Positions 1 to 12,542 of a DNA stretch of 64,000 nucleotides are shown here, one piece after another. Each line of letters begins with the position of its first letter. Position 1 is the first letter of the stretch. Origin of the DNA: Fistulifera solaris (lineage: Eukaryota); NCBI GenBank assembly GCA_030295235.1, contig AP026152.1:1-64000 (forward strand). The letters are read 5' to 3'. The notes beneath the pieces were generated by a model that saw nothing but the letters and a program-made list of their open reading frames with translations, had not been told where the DNA came from and did not search any database. A program made the translations under genes and the position numbers.

Positions 1-43
1 CTAACCCTAACCCTAACCCTAACCCTAACCCTAACCCTAACCC
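1..43 (+). repeat. Telomeric repeat (CCCTAA)n, i.e. TTAGGG on the other strand; chromosome end
   Basis: About 7 uninterrupted CCCTAA units starting at base 1. Confidence 0.97.
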
Positions 44-891
44 AAAAAAGAATTCAAAGTCCGTTCAAAAATCCCTCCGCAGTAGGTGGAGGAGGACAGA
101 CGATTTTAAAATCGCTTAAGCGCGTAGCGCGTTTTAAAAGTTGTCGGTTGGAGGACAGACGATTTCAAATTGTTGAAGAGCGTCCAAAACTCAAAACCGT
201 TCGGACGAGTTTCGTTTCTACGCAGAATTCGGACAGCAATGAGCGGACGACCTTGATGGCAATCAAGAGGTCAAAGCAAATGATTCTTTAGCCCATTTAA
301 CGCATAATAATTCATAAAAAATTAAGGAGCAGGCTTCACGAGAAAAATCGTGAAAAGGGAGTTGTAGAAGCTCAAAACAGTCATCAAAGTTTGACCGCAG
401 CAACTCGACTCGCCTTCACAGCCGACTCTTTGATGATAACTGCATTTAAAACAAATCAAAAGGTGATACAATCTTTATTTCTATAGTTTACATTAACTGG
501 TTAAAGAAGAGCGCCAGAGATCATCGTCGGGAGCGGTAGTGCGTCTCGGCGTTGTGAATTTGATGCCACTGGAGCAGCAACGTAAACGATAACGGATTCG
601 TTGAAGTTAAGAGTTTCGCAAGTGAGTTTCGCGCGCCCTTGCCTGCTCTAAAAGGTTTGAAGGCAAAAGCTTTGAAAATTATAATTTTATCGTAGTCGAA
701 GTCGTTGCATTGCAATTGTGGTTTTTACATGTTGCGTGACGGGTGACTTGTTCAAAATCGTTTTCCACAAGTTCCGCCATTTTCAAGACGATTTCAAAAC
801 GCGGTTGAAATAAAAAACAGTGTAAAAACTATCTATTCCTAATTTCCTAAAGTTCGAATGCATTTTTGACATTCAACGGAATTTTCCACTC

Positions 892-1245
892 TTTTTTTCT
901 CTTTTGTCACAAATATTCCAATTCGACCTGGCACTTTGTTGAGTATGCTCTAGGACTCAGAGCCCTAGTGCTAGTAGAGGGCAAGTCCAGAGCCCGCTTC
1001 CCAATTAGGGGGGAATCGTCTTGGCATTCCTTCTCTTGGATTCCGGAGAAGCATGCTAACCGACCAGAGACCGGACCAGAGAAAGACTCATGCCGCCTCT
1101 GATGAACCCACAAATCTCTGAGTATGGCTTGTTCCACTTCCTCTGAAGTTTCCTTGCAAGTTGTCTCGATGCTGAAATAGCTTGCTGTCCCATCATACCA
1201 TCAATGGAGAAGACCAAGGGAGTGATGTTGAAATTACTTTCTGAA
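892..1245 (-). mobile_element. 5'-truncated, inactivated 3' end of an RLE-type (CRE-like) non-LTR retrotransposon
   Basis: Manual minus-strand translation gives ITPLVFSIDGMMGQQAISASRQLARKLQRKWNKPYSEICGFIRGGMSLSLVRS. Removing a 7-nt duplication (TCTGGTC, ~1063-1069) continues it as VSMLLRNPREGMPRRFPPNWEAGSGLALY* (stop 971-973). This resembles the 'FTPLVFSxxGxMG...LAxKWxxPYS...RxxxSxxLxR' C-terminus of CRE-type elements. An A-rich tail lies at ~892-906. Confidence 0.75.
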
Positions 1246-1354
1246 AAGCGGACGTAAGAATTACAGTAGTGATTCAGAAACTGATTTTAAAATGCTCAAA
1301 CGGATTTCAAATGAAAATTGTACACTATAGCCCACAGTAAAGTGTTACTCCTTA

Positions 1355-2175
1355 GTTCTGTTTTCAAATCGATGGCGTTCATTGCGCTTTGACACGAAGC
1401 AAATACGGTGGGCAGAAAAACGTTAATATCTGTGCACTGGAAAGCCATGAATTGGATGAGTGCGTAAAATGCAATCTCCGGGTACCCCTGCAGAGATAAA
1501 TTTCCCACGGCGGCTACGTAAAATACTCGTGGACACTAGACGCGTTGTATCTTTGTACTGTTTCATGTTTCACTGTCAAATCAAAGTTGATTATTGTTTC
1601 ATGGCTCGCATTAGCGATGTTGGGCAAAGCATTGTTGACATTAATGTCCGAAAGACGCGTTTAACGGTGTGATCGAAATAACACAATATCCGGGTACCCC
1701 CTCTGTCGATAAATTTCCTAGGAGAGCTACGTGAAATTGCGTAGACGTTCGAAGCGTGGCATCATTCGTTCCATCAACGTTCTGTTTTCAAATCGACGGC
1801 GAATATTGCTAAGTTATACAAATCAGACACGGTGGATAAGGAAGCGTTGATATCTGTGCACTGGAAAGCCATGAATTGGATGAGTGCGTAAAATGCAATC
1901 TCCGGGTACCCCTTCAGAGATAAATTTCCCACGGCGGCTACGTAAAATACTCGTGGACACTAGACGCGTTGTATCTTTGTACTGTTTCATGTTTCACTGT
2001 CAAATCAAAGTCGATTATTGTTTCATGGCTCGCATTAGCGATGTTGGGCAAAGCATTGTTGACATTAATGTCCAAAAGACGCGTTTAACGGTGTGATCGA
2101 ATCACACAATATTCGGGTTTCCCTCTTTCGATAAATTTCCTACGAGAGCTACGTAAAATTACGTAGACATTCGTA
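1355..2175. repeat. Satellite family A: two ~424-bp units, each made of two diverged ~212-bp subunits
   Basis: GTTCTGTTTTCAAATCGA at 1355 and 1779; near-identical ORFs at 1460 and 1884. A CCGGGTACCCC..GATAAATTTCC..GCTACGT-type motif recurs every ~212 bp. Confidence 0.93.
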
Positions 2176-2404
2176 TCGCGTCACACCGTTCATTCAACTT
2201 TTACGCCCTCACAGGCGCCGCCAACAATCTTTCGTCATCATTATTTTTGTCGCGCTCGCAGCTCGCACCTGGCTCGCACTCGCAAGACGTTTTTGTTTTT
2301 CTCGACGTGGCCATCGCAGCGACGAGTGATACTTGTTTTGCAAACTAAAATAGAGTTTTTTCACTAATTTACAACATTTAAACGCCAATTAACATTCAAA
2401 AAGG

Positions 2405-4391
2405 ATGATCGCTAATACAGGCAGCGCACCGCGTCTTCAGGGAGGATTTATTACCTTGGATACGGTCAAGAGCATAGAATTTGTCGAACGAGAAGCTTTC
2501 TCGTTCGCTGCTAATCGACCGAAAGCTTCCTTGTCGGTCGTTCTTAATTATTGTGTAAATAGCTCTCACAATTATTTATTTTGTTTTCGTCTTGCAGACC
2601 GATGTCAAGAACAGACGCACCAAGATCGTCTGCACGATGGGACCGGCTTCATGGTCTAAGGAAGGCTTGGGAAAACTTATGGACGCCGGAATGAACGTTG
2701 CCCGTTTAAATTTCTCGCACGGTGATCATGAAGCACATGGAGCAACTTTAGCTCGTCTTCGTGAAGTTGCTGCGGAGAAATCTCGTAATATTGGTGAGTC
2801 GTCGACACGCACTCATTCCTGACGATCGCTATTTCGATTCTACTTCGTTGTAGCTCACATAAGGGTTTTCTTTTTCTTTTGCTCCTCTTTCCATCAGCGG
2901 TGCTCCTTGATACCAAGGGACCCGAAATTCGTACGGGATTTTTTTGCGGAAGGCGACAAGATTCATTTGGTGAAAGGCGAATCGATCGTCTTGACAGCGG
3001 ATTATTCATTCAAAGGCGACGCGAAGAAACTCGCATGCTCGTACCCTACCCTTGCTACCAGCGTTGAACCGGGTCAGCAAATTCTGGTTGCCGATGGCTC
3101 GCTTGTTCTTACTGTTCTATCGTGCGATGAAGGGCTCGGTGAAGTCACTTGCCGAATCGAAAACAACGCCTCCATCGGTGAACGTAAAAACATGAACCTT
3201 CCCGGAGTGGTTGTTGATCTTCCAACGTTTACCGAAAAGGATGTTCACGATATCGTCGAGTTTGGTATTCGCAAAGGCGTAGAGTTCATTGCGGCGTCCT
3301 TTATTCGAAAGGCCGAAGATGTGCGTAAGCTCCGAAAACTGCTTGCTGACAACGGTGGCTCTCGCATCAAAAATCATCTCCAAAATCGAGAATCAGGAAG
3401 GCTTGGAGAACTATGAGGAAATTTTGGAAGAAACGGACGCTGTGATGGTAGCCCGGGGTGATCTGGGTATGGAAATCCCGGCGTGTAAAGTGTTCCTTGC
3501 GCAAAAGTACATGATTCGAGCGGCTAATATCGCCGGAAAGCCGGTCATCACCGCCACGCAAATGTTGGAGAGTATGATCACGAATCCCCGTCCAACGCGT
3601 GCCGAATGTAGCGATGTGGCGAACGCTGTTTACGATGGAACGGATGCTGTAATGCTTTCGGGAGAGACCGGTGCGTATCAATCTGAGGGTTACTTTTGTT
3701 TGTTGTGAGTAATATTGGCCTTTGCTGACGCCTCTACTATCATCGCAGCCAACAGTCCGCACTTTGAAGCTGCAGTGACAGTCATGTCGCGCACCTGCTG
3801 CGAAGCCGAAGGTAGCAGAAACTATAATTTGCTGCATCAGTCGATCCGCAATACCATTGTTATGAAGTACGGAAAGTTGACGGTCGGCGAGTCGATTGCC
3901 AGTAGTGCGGTGAAAACCAGCATCGACGTTGGTGCCAAAGTAATTGTTGTGTTGAGTGACTCGGGAAAAATGGCTGGCTACGTTGCTAAATTCCGTCCCT
4001 CCATTCCGGTCTTGATGGTGACCGCAAACTTGGTGGCAGCTCGTCAGGCGAGTGGCTTGTTATTGGGTATGCACACTATTTTGGTCGATACCTTGCAAAA
4101 GACAGACACGTTGCTAGATGAACTTTTGCATGAGCTCACTCACGCTGGTCTTTCCGAGGGCGACAGCGTTTGTATCATGGCCGGTCGTATGACTCAAATG
4201 AAGGAACAGTTGCAGGTCTTTACGGTTGGTGCGAAAGACACGCAATCTTCTCACGGCCACATTGTAAGTTACCATAAAGTGTCGCGGGTTCCTGTTTGGA
4301 AAGGTTTCTCACTTACGTCGATTGTTTCGTTGCAGCAAAATGGAGGAGGATTCTTCTTTCTCGCGGTCTTTTGCTTTCGTACTCGGCTTAA
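2405..4391 (+). CDS. PK: Pyruvate kinase (multi-exon)
   Basis: Motifs [78 protein letters not shown]. Introns: one ending at 2597, then 2794-2897, 3671-3748 and 4264-4335. Homopolymer frameshifts at ~2940, ~3370 and ~4360. Confidence 0.96.
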
Positions 4392-4682
4392 ATCATGAGC
4401 GAATGTCTCTATCATCAATATAGTTGATTATTCCAATTTGAATTATGTTCAAGGTAGTCAGCTGTTGTTGTAGTTACATTAGGATTGCGATGATAATATT
4501 AGTCGAGCTATTGACTCTAGCTTTAGTACGAAGCACGCCGTCTTTTCGTCGCTCGTTTTTCTCGCTTCTCGCTTATTAGACTATTCCTTTTATGTGCCAA
4601 GATCATTCGTTGCAGAATGCTAGAAACGTACTTGGTCGAGGTATTGATGCTCAAACAAAGTTTTCGCCAGAAAAATACAATT

Positions 4683-5725
4683 ATGGGAGGCAGGAGAAGA
4701 AGCCGCAAAGAGAAGCGTGACGAAAAGAGTAAAGCAAAACTTTCTGAGTTGGGCGACTCTAAAAGCCCGCCGTCGAAGAAACAGCAAGTCAACAAAGGAT
4801 CCGATTTCAATCCTCTCTGGATGGAGCAATCAAACTTTTGCGAAAGCCTTTCCGAGCAAGAAAAGGATTGTTTCTTTGACGAAGAAAAGGTCGACCCGGA
4901 ACGTCGTGCTGAATTATGGACAAAACAAGCTGACTTGGGCGAGAGATTGATACGAGATTATGCGTGGGCAACACCCGATGATCGTGCCCTGCGGGTTTTG
5001 CGCCATTTTAGTCCTATCATTGAGATTGGTTGTGGATCGAATGCCTACTGGTGTCGTATGATGATACAAGCTGGTGCGGATGTAATCGGTTTTGACAAGG
5101 ATCCGAAGCAAGGCGGGAAAATATCAGTTAATCAGAAAGATAGTAGAACGATGCAAAGCGGAAACGGCGACGGGCTTTCTTTTAGAGTGCAAAAGGCGGC
5201 CCGGAAGTGTTACAGGACCCAAAGTATGCAAAACATACATTGTTTCTGTGTTATCCGGACGAAAATGTGCTCGATACGGAGGGAAATGACGATGGCGGGA
5301 ACGGACAAACGCAGTCACTTGGGGCTGCCTGTTTAGAGCAATTTCAAGGGGATACGGTGATTCATGTTGGTGAATTGTTTTCTGATTCATCTCTGTCAAT
5401 GGATCAAGCACCGTGGGGAAGATCTTCGAGTTCTGAATTTCAACAATTGCTAGCTTCCGATTATCATTGCCTGCTGCACACGCATTTGCCAAACTGGTTG
5501 CACACTCGAGATAGCCTTTCCGTGTGGCGTCGTTCCAGGACCTGTGCGCTTGTTTTTGCGGCGGATGAAGGTGACGAAGACGATGAGGACGAGGAATATC
5601 ATTATCGCCACATCCCTCCAGAAGAAATGCTGCCCGTTGATCGAGCTGCTCCGTGTCTAGCTCATTTGTTGGAAAGACCAAAAGACAAACAACTACAATC
5701 TAACGAGTATACAAGTCCGTGGTAG
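4683..5725 (+). CDS. Conserved hypothetical protein, class I SAM-methyltransferase-like
   Basis: YAWATP...IIEIGCGSNAYW...LFLCYPDE...VIHVGE; two ORFs joined across one frameshift at ~5195. Confidence 0.7.
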
Positions 5726-5773
5726 CTACTTAGCGCGCGTAAATCGCGAATTAGAACCTTTTATTCTAGGCAA

Positions 5774-6043
5774 TTATTTGTAATGAGGTACTTCAGCAGA
5801 TCCATCCGTCTGCGCTAAATCGAGTTTGACTCCTGTCGGTCTTAGTTTCGCCTGCAGAAAATTATCACCATTCGATCCGTAAAACTCCTTGCCGGGTGCT
5901 GGTTTGAAAGAGCTAGATTCGTTGACAGTGACTTCCTTTCTGATGCTACCATCGCCACGGGATGTGTAGGTTGTTTTCGTGGTCTTCGTCCACGTTCTTT
6001 CACTAACTGGAAGCGGTGGTATCGGTGGGAGCTCCTGGGGCAT
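5774..6043 (-). CDS. Small hypothetical protein (89 aa)
   Basis: ATG at 6043 (MPQELPPIPP...); plausible composition; convergent with the neighbouring gene; no recognisable domain. Confidence 0.45.
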   Translation of the reverse strand: MPQELPPIPPLPVSERTWTKTTKTTYTSRGDGSIRKEVTVNESSSFKPAPGKEFYGSNGDNFLQAKLRPTGVKLDLAQTDGSAEVPHYK

Positions 6044-6701
6044 AATTAAAGGAATATTAAGTCTTGAAATGAGATGAAATGATCCTCGAATACTTTCGTT
6101 TCCTTGGCCATTTTGTTGTATGTGTTGTTCTTCGGTTTTTGTCTGTGAGTGTCTTGAAAGATCGAAAGAGGAGTCATTATAACTCCGAACAGGATGAAGT
6201 CGCACCGGTTACATGATAGGGTTGTTCAACTTTTGTCACGCTAAAATAAATTAACACTCTTTCCTTATGATGACTGCGAAATTCGATCAGTGCTATCGTT
6301 CGCTGCTACAGGCATTATCAAACCCGAAAGTATCGATCGATTCATAGTCTAGTCAAGAAGAATGATTTGAAAGACGGTTTTGGGCCAACGGAACCTGTTT
6401 CCTTTGGGTTTGCAACTTCCTCGTGACGTCACTATCCATACGGTATTCACATTTAATAAATAACTTATTTCAGAGATAGGACAGAAAAGCAGTTGACGCG
6501 TAGGCATGGCCATTTCTACTTTTTCACCACTGGAAAGCAGCGCGCCGCTCGTCGCATTCATGTTGTCGCATTGTCGCACAAACGCAATGAAAACAACGCC
6601 AACAATAGCGCCAGCGAAAGAAGATACTTGTTCGATTGTAGAAGAGGACTGGTGGCTAATATTGTTATATACTTTTTATCGAATCACAGAACGGCAACAA
6701 A

Positions 6702-8732
6702 ATGGGCTGTAATGCGAGCAAACAAGCGACGGGCGGTAACATTGCTACAGACGAAAGAGCAACAACAAACGACAACAATGATAAACCGGCAGCCCTTTCT
6801 CCTGCATCAAATAGTAAAGCAAAAAGTCCTCGCAATAATCAATCGAATCCAATCACTAGCAGCTTGAGAAGAAACAAAAATCAAGACGATGGAAAGATTT
6901 ATCAATTACTTTTAAATGCGCATCAAAATCCAGCCGAAGCCAAGACAATATTACCCAATAATGTTTCCATCACAACGACAAATGCATCCTATCGACATCC
7001 TTCGCATCATGCGACGCCGCTGCATGTTGCTGTGAAATTACTTGACTCAACAGCCACCAATGTTCCGGCTATCATCAAGAGTCTTTTGAAAGCATTTCCC
7101 AATGCGATTTTTACCAAGGACGATCGAGGTAATATCCCCTTATATTATGTACTGACATCGCAATCGGAACGATGGGAAGCACGGGCTATTGTGCTGGATC
7201 TACTGGTGGGAACGGATCAGACGAGTTTTACCACCGAGTATCTACAACGCAACAATCTAAAATTTGGAAAAGAAAATGAGTGGTCGGCTCTATACAAGGC
7301 GATTCATTCGCTTTCGGATGATTTTGATGGAGCCGGACCGACTGTTTTGTACATTCAGACATTGCTGGCGGCGTGCGATGATACTAGCTCCGTTGTTGCG
7401 AAAGGGAATGCGAGCGATGGAGACAAGCCATTGAGTCTGCTGTACCGTCGGTTTACTCGGCAATTTGATTTGGCCGAAAAATTCTTTCCGGAGACAATAG
7501 TCGACCCGAAGTCGTAGAACACCGCCAGAAATACAAGACTGCAGCGGGGAATACGTGGAAGATCATCGAGTCTCTATTACAGGATGGATTGGAAGCGGAA
7601 CAGCAAGAAGACGACGACGAAGCCCCTTTCAGAACAGTTCATTGTGCCGTGCAAGTAGAAACACCACCGGATTTATTGCGGTACATTGTAGAGACAAACG
7701 CGGACGATTTGGGCATGGCGGATCATACGGGGCGATTGCCGCTGCACTATGCTGCACTCTCCAAACCTCCTGGCGATAAGAGTCGATATCCCGCGTTTTA
7801 TAGCAAGTACGTCGTCGATGAACTGCTTTATAAGTACCCTGAGGCGGCATCTTGCAAAGACAATGACGGCAATTATCCGCTGACTTTGGCCGTCCGTAGC
7901 GGTAAGCATTGGATTGGCGGTGGATTAAAGTCGTTATACGAAGCCTATCCCGAGGCGCTAGAGCAAATCAATTTGGACAAACACGATGCCTTGCGACACG
8001 CTTTGAGCCTAGAGGAATCTACCGGAGTGGCACCCAAAGACGACTCAGATATTATCCGAGATGAGCAACACGATGCTATCATGCTGGTCCAGAAAAAGAA
8101 TGTTGAAATTTCAGAAGTTGTCACAAGTCTGTGGGCTCACGAAGAAGACCCTGGAGTTCAAATGTTAGGTTGCATGGCATTGTCTCGGATGATTGAGAAC
8201 GCTGATGGTAACCCAAGTCAAATACTCCAAATCGCCATGTCAGCTGTACCAGCAGTCGTCAATGCGATGAAGGCGCATGGGAACGAGCAAATAGTTCAAG
8301 AAAAAGCTTGCGCCACTTTACAAGGCCTTGCGATGTGCGATGGTCGTCGTGAAGTGTCGTTTGTTGCTAGCGGTGCGGTCGCTGCAATAGTAGGAGCGAT
8401 GCAAGCTCATGTGAGCGATCCTGCTGTTCAAGAACAAGGTTGTAAAGCACTTGCTCAAATAATGAAATACGGTGGTGACGACCGAGCAACAATCGTTGCT
8501 AGTGTGAGCGGTTTGACTGCGATTGTAAATGCAATGGCTGCACATCGCGGCATTAGTGGCAGTCCAGCGAAATGCCTGCATTGCGCTGAAAGAAATGACC
8601 GAATTTCCGCATGCTAACCTTCCCGAACTACCAAGATCCCATTTGGAACCGTTGTTGGAATCGGCACGGCGTCAATTTCCTGATGAATGTGAACCAGTGG
8701 CAAAAATACTTGAGTTGCGACTTACTCAATGA
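6702..8732 (+). CDS. Putatively N-myristoylated ankyrin-repeat plus armadillo-repeat protein
   Basis: MGCNASK N-terminus; ankyrin-like TPLHVAV, GRLPLHYA and GNYPLTLA; ARM-like VVNAMKAH..VQEKAC and IVGAMQAH..VQEQGC. Frameshifts at ~7490 and ~8550. Confidence 0.82.
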
Positions 8733-9029
8733 ATACGAACGTAAATCCCGACATTATGTGTTCGTATGATTTATTACAGGCGATTATTTTATGTAACAAA
8801 CGATTTCTGCTTTTTTAGAAGGTAATTCAGTTAACCTTACCAGTAATGCCTTTATATTTACTCATGACTCATTCCTGGTCACGAGTCTTGAATAAAGTAA
8901 TATACTTTTGTACCATAGTAGTCAGCGGAAAGGATTTTTTGCTTCGCGGTGCAACGCAATAAGTGAAACGATCACATTCATTCATTCATTCATTCATTCT
9001 TTCAATCCCAATGCAAAGCGTAACAAACC

Positions 9030-12000
9030 ATGGGTGTTGCTGGATTATGGAAGCTTTTATTACCGATTGGGCGCCGCATATCCCTCGAAACGTTAGAGGG
9101 CAAAGTTTTGGCTATAGACGCGAGTGTTTGGTGGATTCAATTAGAGCAAGCACTGCGGCGGCGAAATAACGACGGAGAAGGAATCAATGAAAACTCTTCA
9201 GCCACCTTTTCTTTACTAATCAAACTCTTTCTGCATCGATTGTGCAAACTCAAGTTTTACAATATACGGCCAGTCTTTGTCTTAGACGGGAAAACGCCGG
9301 AAATTAAATTGCGAACGCTACGGCAGAGACGGAAACAACAAGGTGGCGATGAATCGTACGAACGAAGTGAACGCCATTTGCAAAGGATTGCGAAGCAATT
9401 GTTGCAGAAGCAGTTTTTAGCATCACAAAGCAAAGTGGCGAGAACAAAGGCGACATCAAATCGTAGTAGCGGACCGTCAGATTTCGAGAAACAGTCGAGC
9501 GCTACAACTGATACGAAGGCAACATCTTCGTTTGCTCCGGGCTTTGATCCAGGAGCGCAGCAGAAACGAGCGACAGAGCATGTAACACAACAAGTAGAAT
9601 CACCTCCTGTATCGCAACAACTACAGAGCGAAGAAGTTATTGTTTTAACGGACAAGGACGACCCACCGGAAGAATTAAGTACCACGAATGATTGGGACGA
9701 CGGTGCAGATGATGACGATTCTTACCACCCCGATGATTTTGCTGATGCCGATACACAACGACACACCAGTCCGGTTCAGTTCGACACAGGCATGCATCAG
9801 AAGCAACAAAGTATGTCGGATCAAGTTCAGTCGGTGTGGCGTTTGCCAGCGAACGAGCGAAAAGCGGCTTTAGAGCAAATGCAACGGCAATATCGATTGC
9901 AAAGTCGCAAAGAATTCATGCCAGCTGCTGCACAACCTCAAAATTTTTCTCAGGTCCAATTAAAGCACTTTTTGAAATCGTGTCAATTGCGGCAGGCGAT
10001 TGTGCAGCAACAGCAGTCGATGACAGCGAATCGTTCGAACGAGCCGAGCGGTAACCGCAAGAAACGGAAATTATGGGGTCAACCCACGGCGTATGATCGG
10101 TCGATACGAGTTGAATTGATTCGGGAAGATGAATTTTCGAAAATAGACCGCGCCTTTTCGGAGGAAAGTGAAGAGGGGGGATTTCTCCGTCTCTCCCATG
10201 ACAAGAGAAAGGGTGATGAAGCTGGGTCAACATTACACGACAATATGCAGTCGCCATCGGAAGGTTTTATGACGAAAACGAAGAGAAGCCGGTTCGAAAG
10301 CAACGAAAGTTTAGATTGCAACGATGTGGACGCTGTCGTCGACCCGGACACGCAGTTGTTACAAGATCAGCAACTGGCAGAGGCCTTACAGAGCGTTGAA
10401 TATGAAGAAACTCACGACGATGACTCTGATGTAGAAAATTATGTCGACGAAAGGGAATCGAATACATTTGTGTGGCAGGAACAACCAAAGGAGAATGTAA
10501 ACGATGCAAAGATGTCGCAAAGTCCTATTGAAGTGGATGATGACTCCGATATCGAGTGGGAGGAAGGTGATGCTGCGAATGACACAAAGATGCGAATTCG
10601 GATGATCGACGACGAAGCCGTAAAGACTCGGAAGGATGTATCTGAGAAAAAGCAGCCACCAAGTGATCCGGTCGAAGCAAATGACGATTCTGATATAGAT
10701 TGGGAAGAAGGCGATCCTGAGGAAACCTGCAGGAACGAATACAGTACCTCCATGCAGCCAGAGAAAGCTATTGAGCATGTTTTGCCGGAAAAAACGAACA
10801 CTGGTGACCCGGAGCCCGGCCAGGATGACAGCGACGATGAGGAAGTTCAGTTGGTTTATGCCGCGTCGACTAGCTTGATTAAAAAAGCGACCGATACAGT
10901 AGGCGCCTTATTATCAGACACTACGCCGACTAGCTTTCAACATGAATCCTCCATGCTACCGGACGTTGTCAAAAGAGATTCTGATCACCGAAAGGATGAA
11001 AGTCTGATCACGAAACCGGTGGCGGTGAAGAAAACAAGCAGTTTCAATTCGGATGACTATACACCTGGCGTTGCCTCAAATGTGTTTGAAACAGTTGCCG
11101 GTAATATGTCGAACACCGAGGCATTAGAGCATGCGCAAAAAACAGCGTCAAACTTAGCGAATTGGGCGGGTCGTGTATTTCGGCGCGCTATGAAGGAAGT
11201 TAGCGAAGGATCTTTTGAGCCAAACGAAAAAGCGAGGAATGGAATGGATTCCAGTGCACGCACATCAGTCACTAATGCCAATTCTGTCCAAGATGGCTCT
11301 ACGTTAGCGAAAGAACCACGTATGGCAGACATTACTGGTACAAGTGCAAACAATGCCGCTGCCTTGAAAGATCCCGGCTCCATGACGAATGAGAAATCAT
11401 CTACTACAGAGCGTCCGCGTAAATTCACCTGGCCTCGCGAAAGCTTGGATCCATCTGCATTCGCACTACATGATGACCAAAGATCACAACTGCAACGCGA
11501 CGAGAGTACTGGGACCGGCGAAATGCGGGACGAAATGCGAGAAACCTTATTACAGCTACTTCGATTATTCGGTGTTCCATACGTTGAAGCTCCAGCTGAA
11601 GCAGAGGCGCAATGTGTTGAGCTCGAACGACTGGGTCTTGTCGATGGTATTGTTACGGAAGATAGCGATGCTTTTGTTTTTGGTGGAAATACAATCTACA
11701 AAAACATGTTTGACGAGATGAAGTATGTCGAGGTTTATCGCGCATCTGATGCAGAGAAAGAGATGTCACTAGGAAGGAACGAAATGGTTGCTCTTGCTAT
11801 GTTACTTGGAGGCGATTATACTGAAGGCGTTCGAGGCGTGGGTATCGTTAATGCAATGGAAGTATTAGATGCGTTTGACATGTCAAGAGGTCCGAAACAG
11901 GGGCTGATGGACTTTCATAATTGGCTAACAATGTTCAATCCGCTTGAAGATGCTCCCAGTCAAGCCGGGAGAAAGGACGAGGCATCACTATCAGCACTTG

Positions 12001-12458
12001 AAGAGTTTTCCCGGAAGCATCGGAGCGCTAAAACGAGATGGGAAACACCAGGGAACTTTCCTAGTGATAGAGTAATTGCAGCATACATGTCTCCAGGTAA
12101 GCGTCTCAAACGAAAACATATCCATTGCAAAGGCTAAAGGACTCATCCAATATTTCCTTCAGTGGTCGATAACTCCCCGGAGAAATTCTCGTGGGGCACC
12201 CCAGATGTTGAGAATTTAGTTCCTTTTTGTGCCCAATATATAGGCTGGTCTCGGGAAGAAACGATTAAAGTGTTAGAACCAGTGACCAAGAAGGCTAATT
12301 CGGGCTACCACCAGACAAGAATTGATTCATTTATGAGATACGAAGACTCAATCAAATTTGCCAAAGTTCGTTCCAAGCGACTGCGAAAGGTACTAGGGCT
12401 CGATGACCAGGAAAGCGAAACGGTGAAAACATCAGAAGCTGAAATCGAACAGATTTGA
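9030..12458 (+). CDS. XPG: XPG/Rad2 family nucleotide-excision-repair endonuclease
   Basis: XPG-N domain MGVAGLW..LAIDAS..PVFVLDG, a long acidic spacer, XPG-I domain PYVEAPAEAEAQC..TEDSDAFVFG, H3TH LLGGDYTEGVRGVG, and PIP-box-like QTRIDSFM. Intron 12097-12162. Confidence 0.94.
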
Positions 12459-12542
12459 GTTGGAGTGTAATATTATTGTATTTTTAATTTTCATAGTAAC
12501 ATTCATAACCGGCACACATGCATTGCATTAACATTTCCCCGA

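Noticed and set aside
907..1137. 76-aa minus-strand and 78-aa plus-strand ORFs in the subtelomere
   Set aside because: Alternative frames over the retroelement remnant; the informative reading frame is a different one.
8977..8999. (TTCA)n tract upstream of XPG
   Set aside because: Ordinary short microsatellite.
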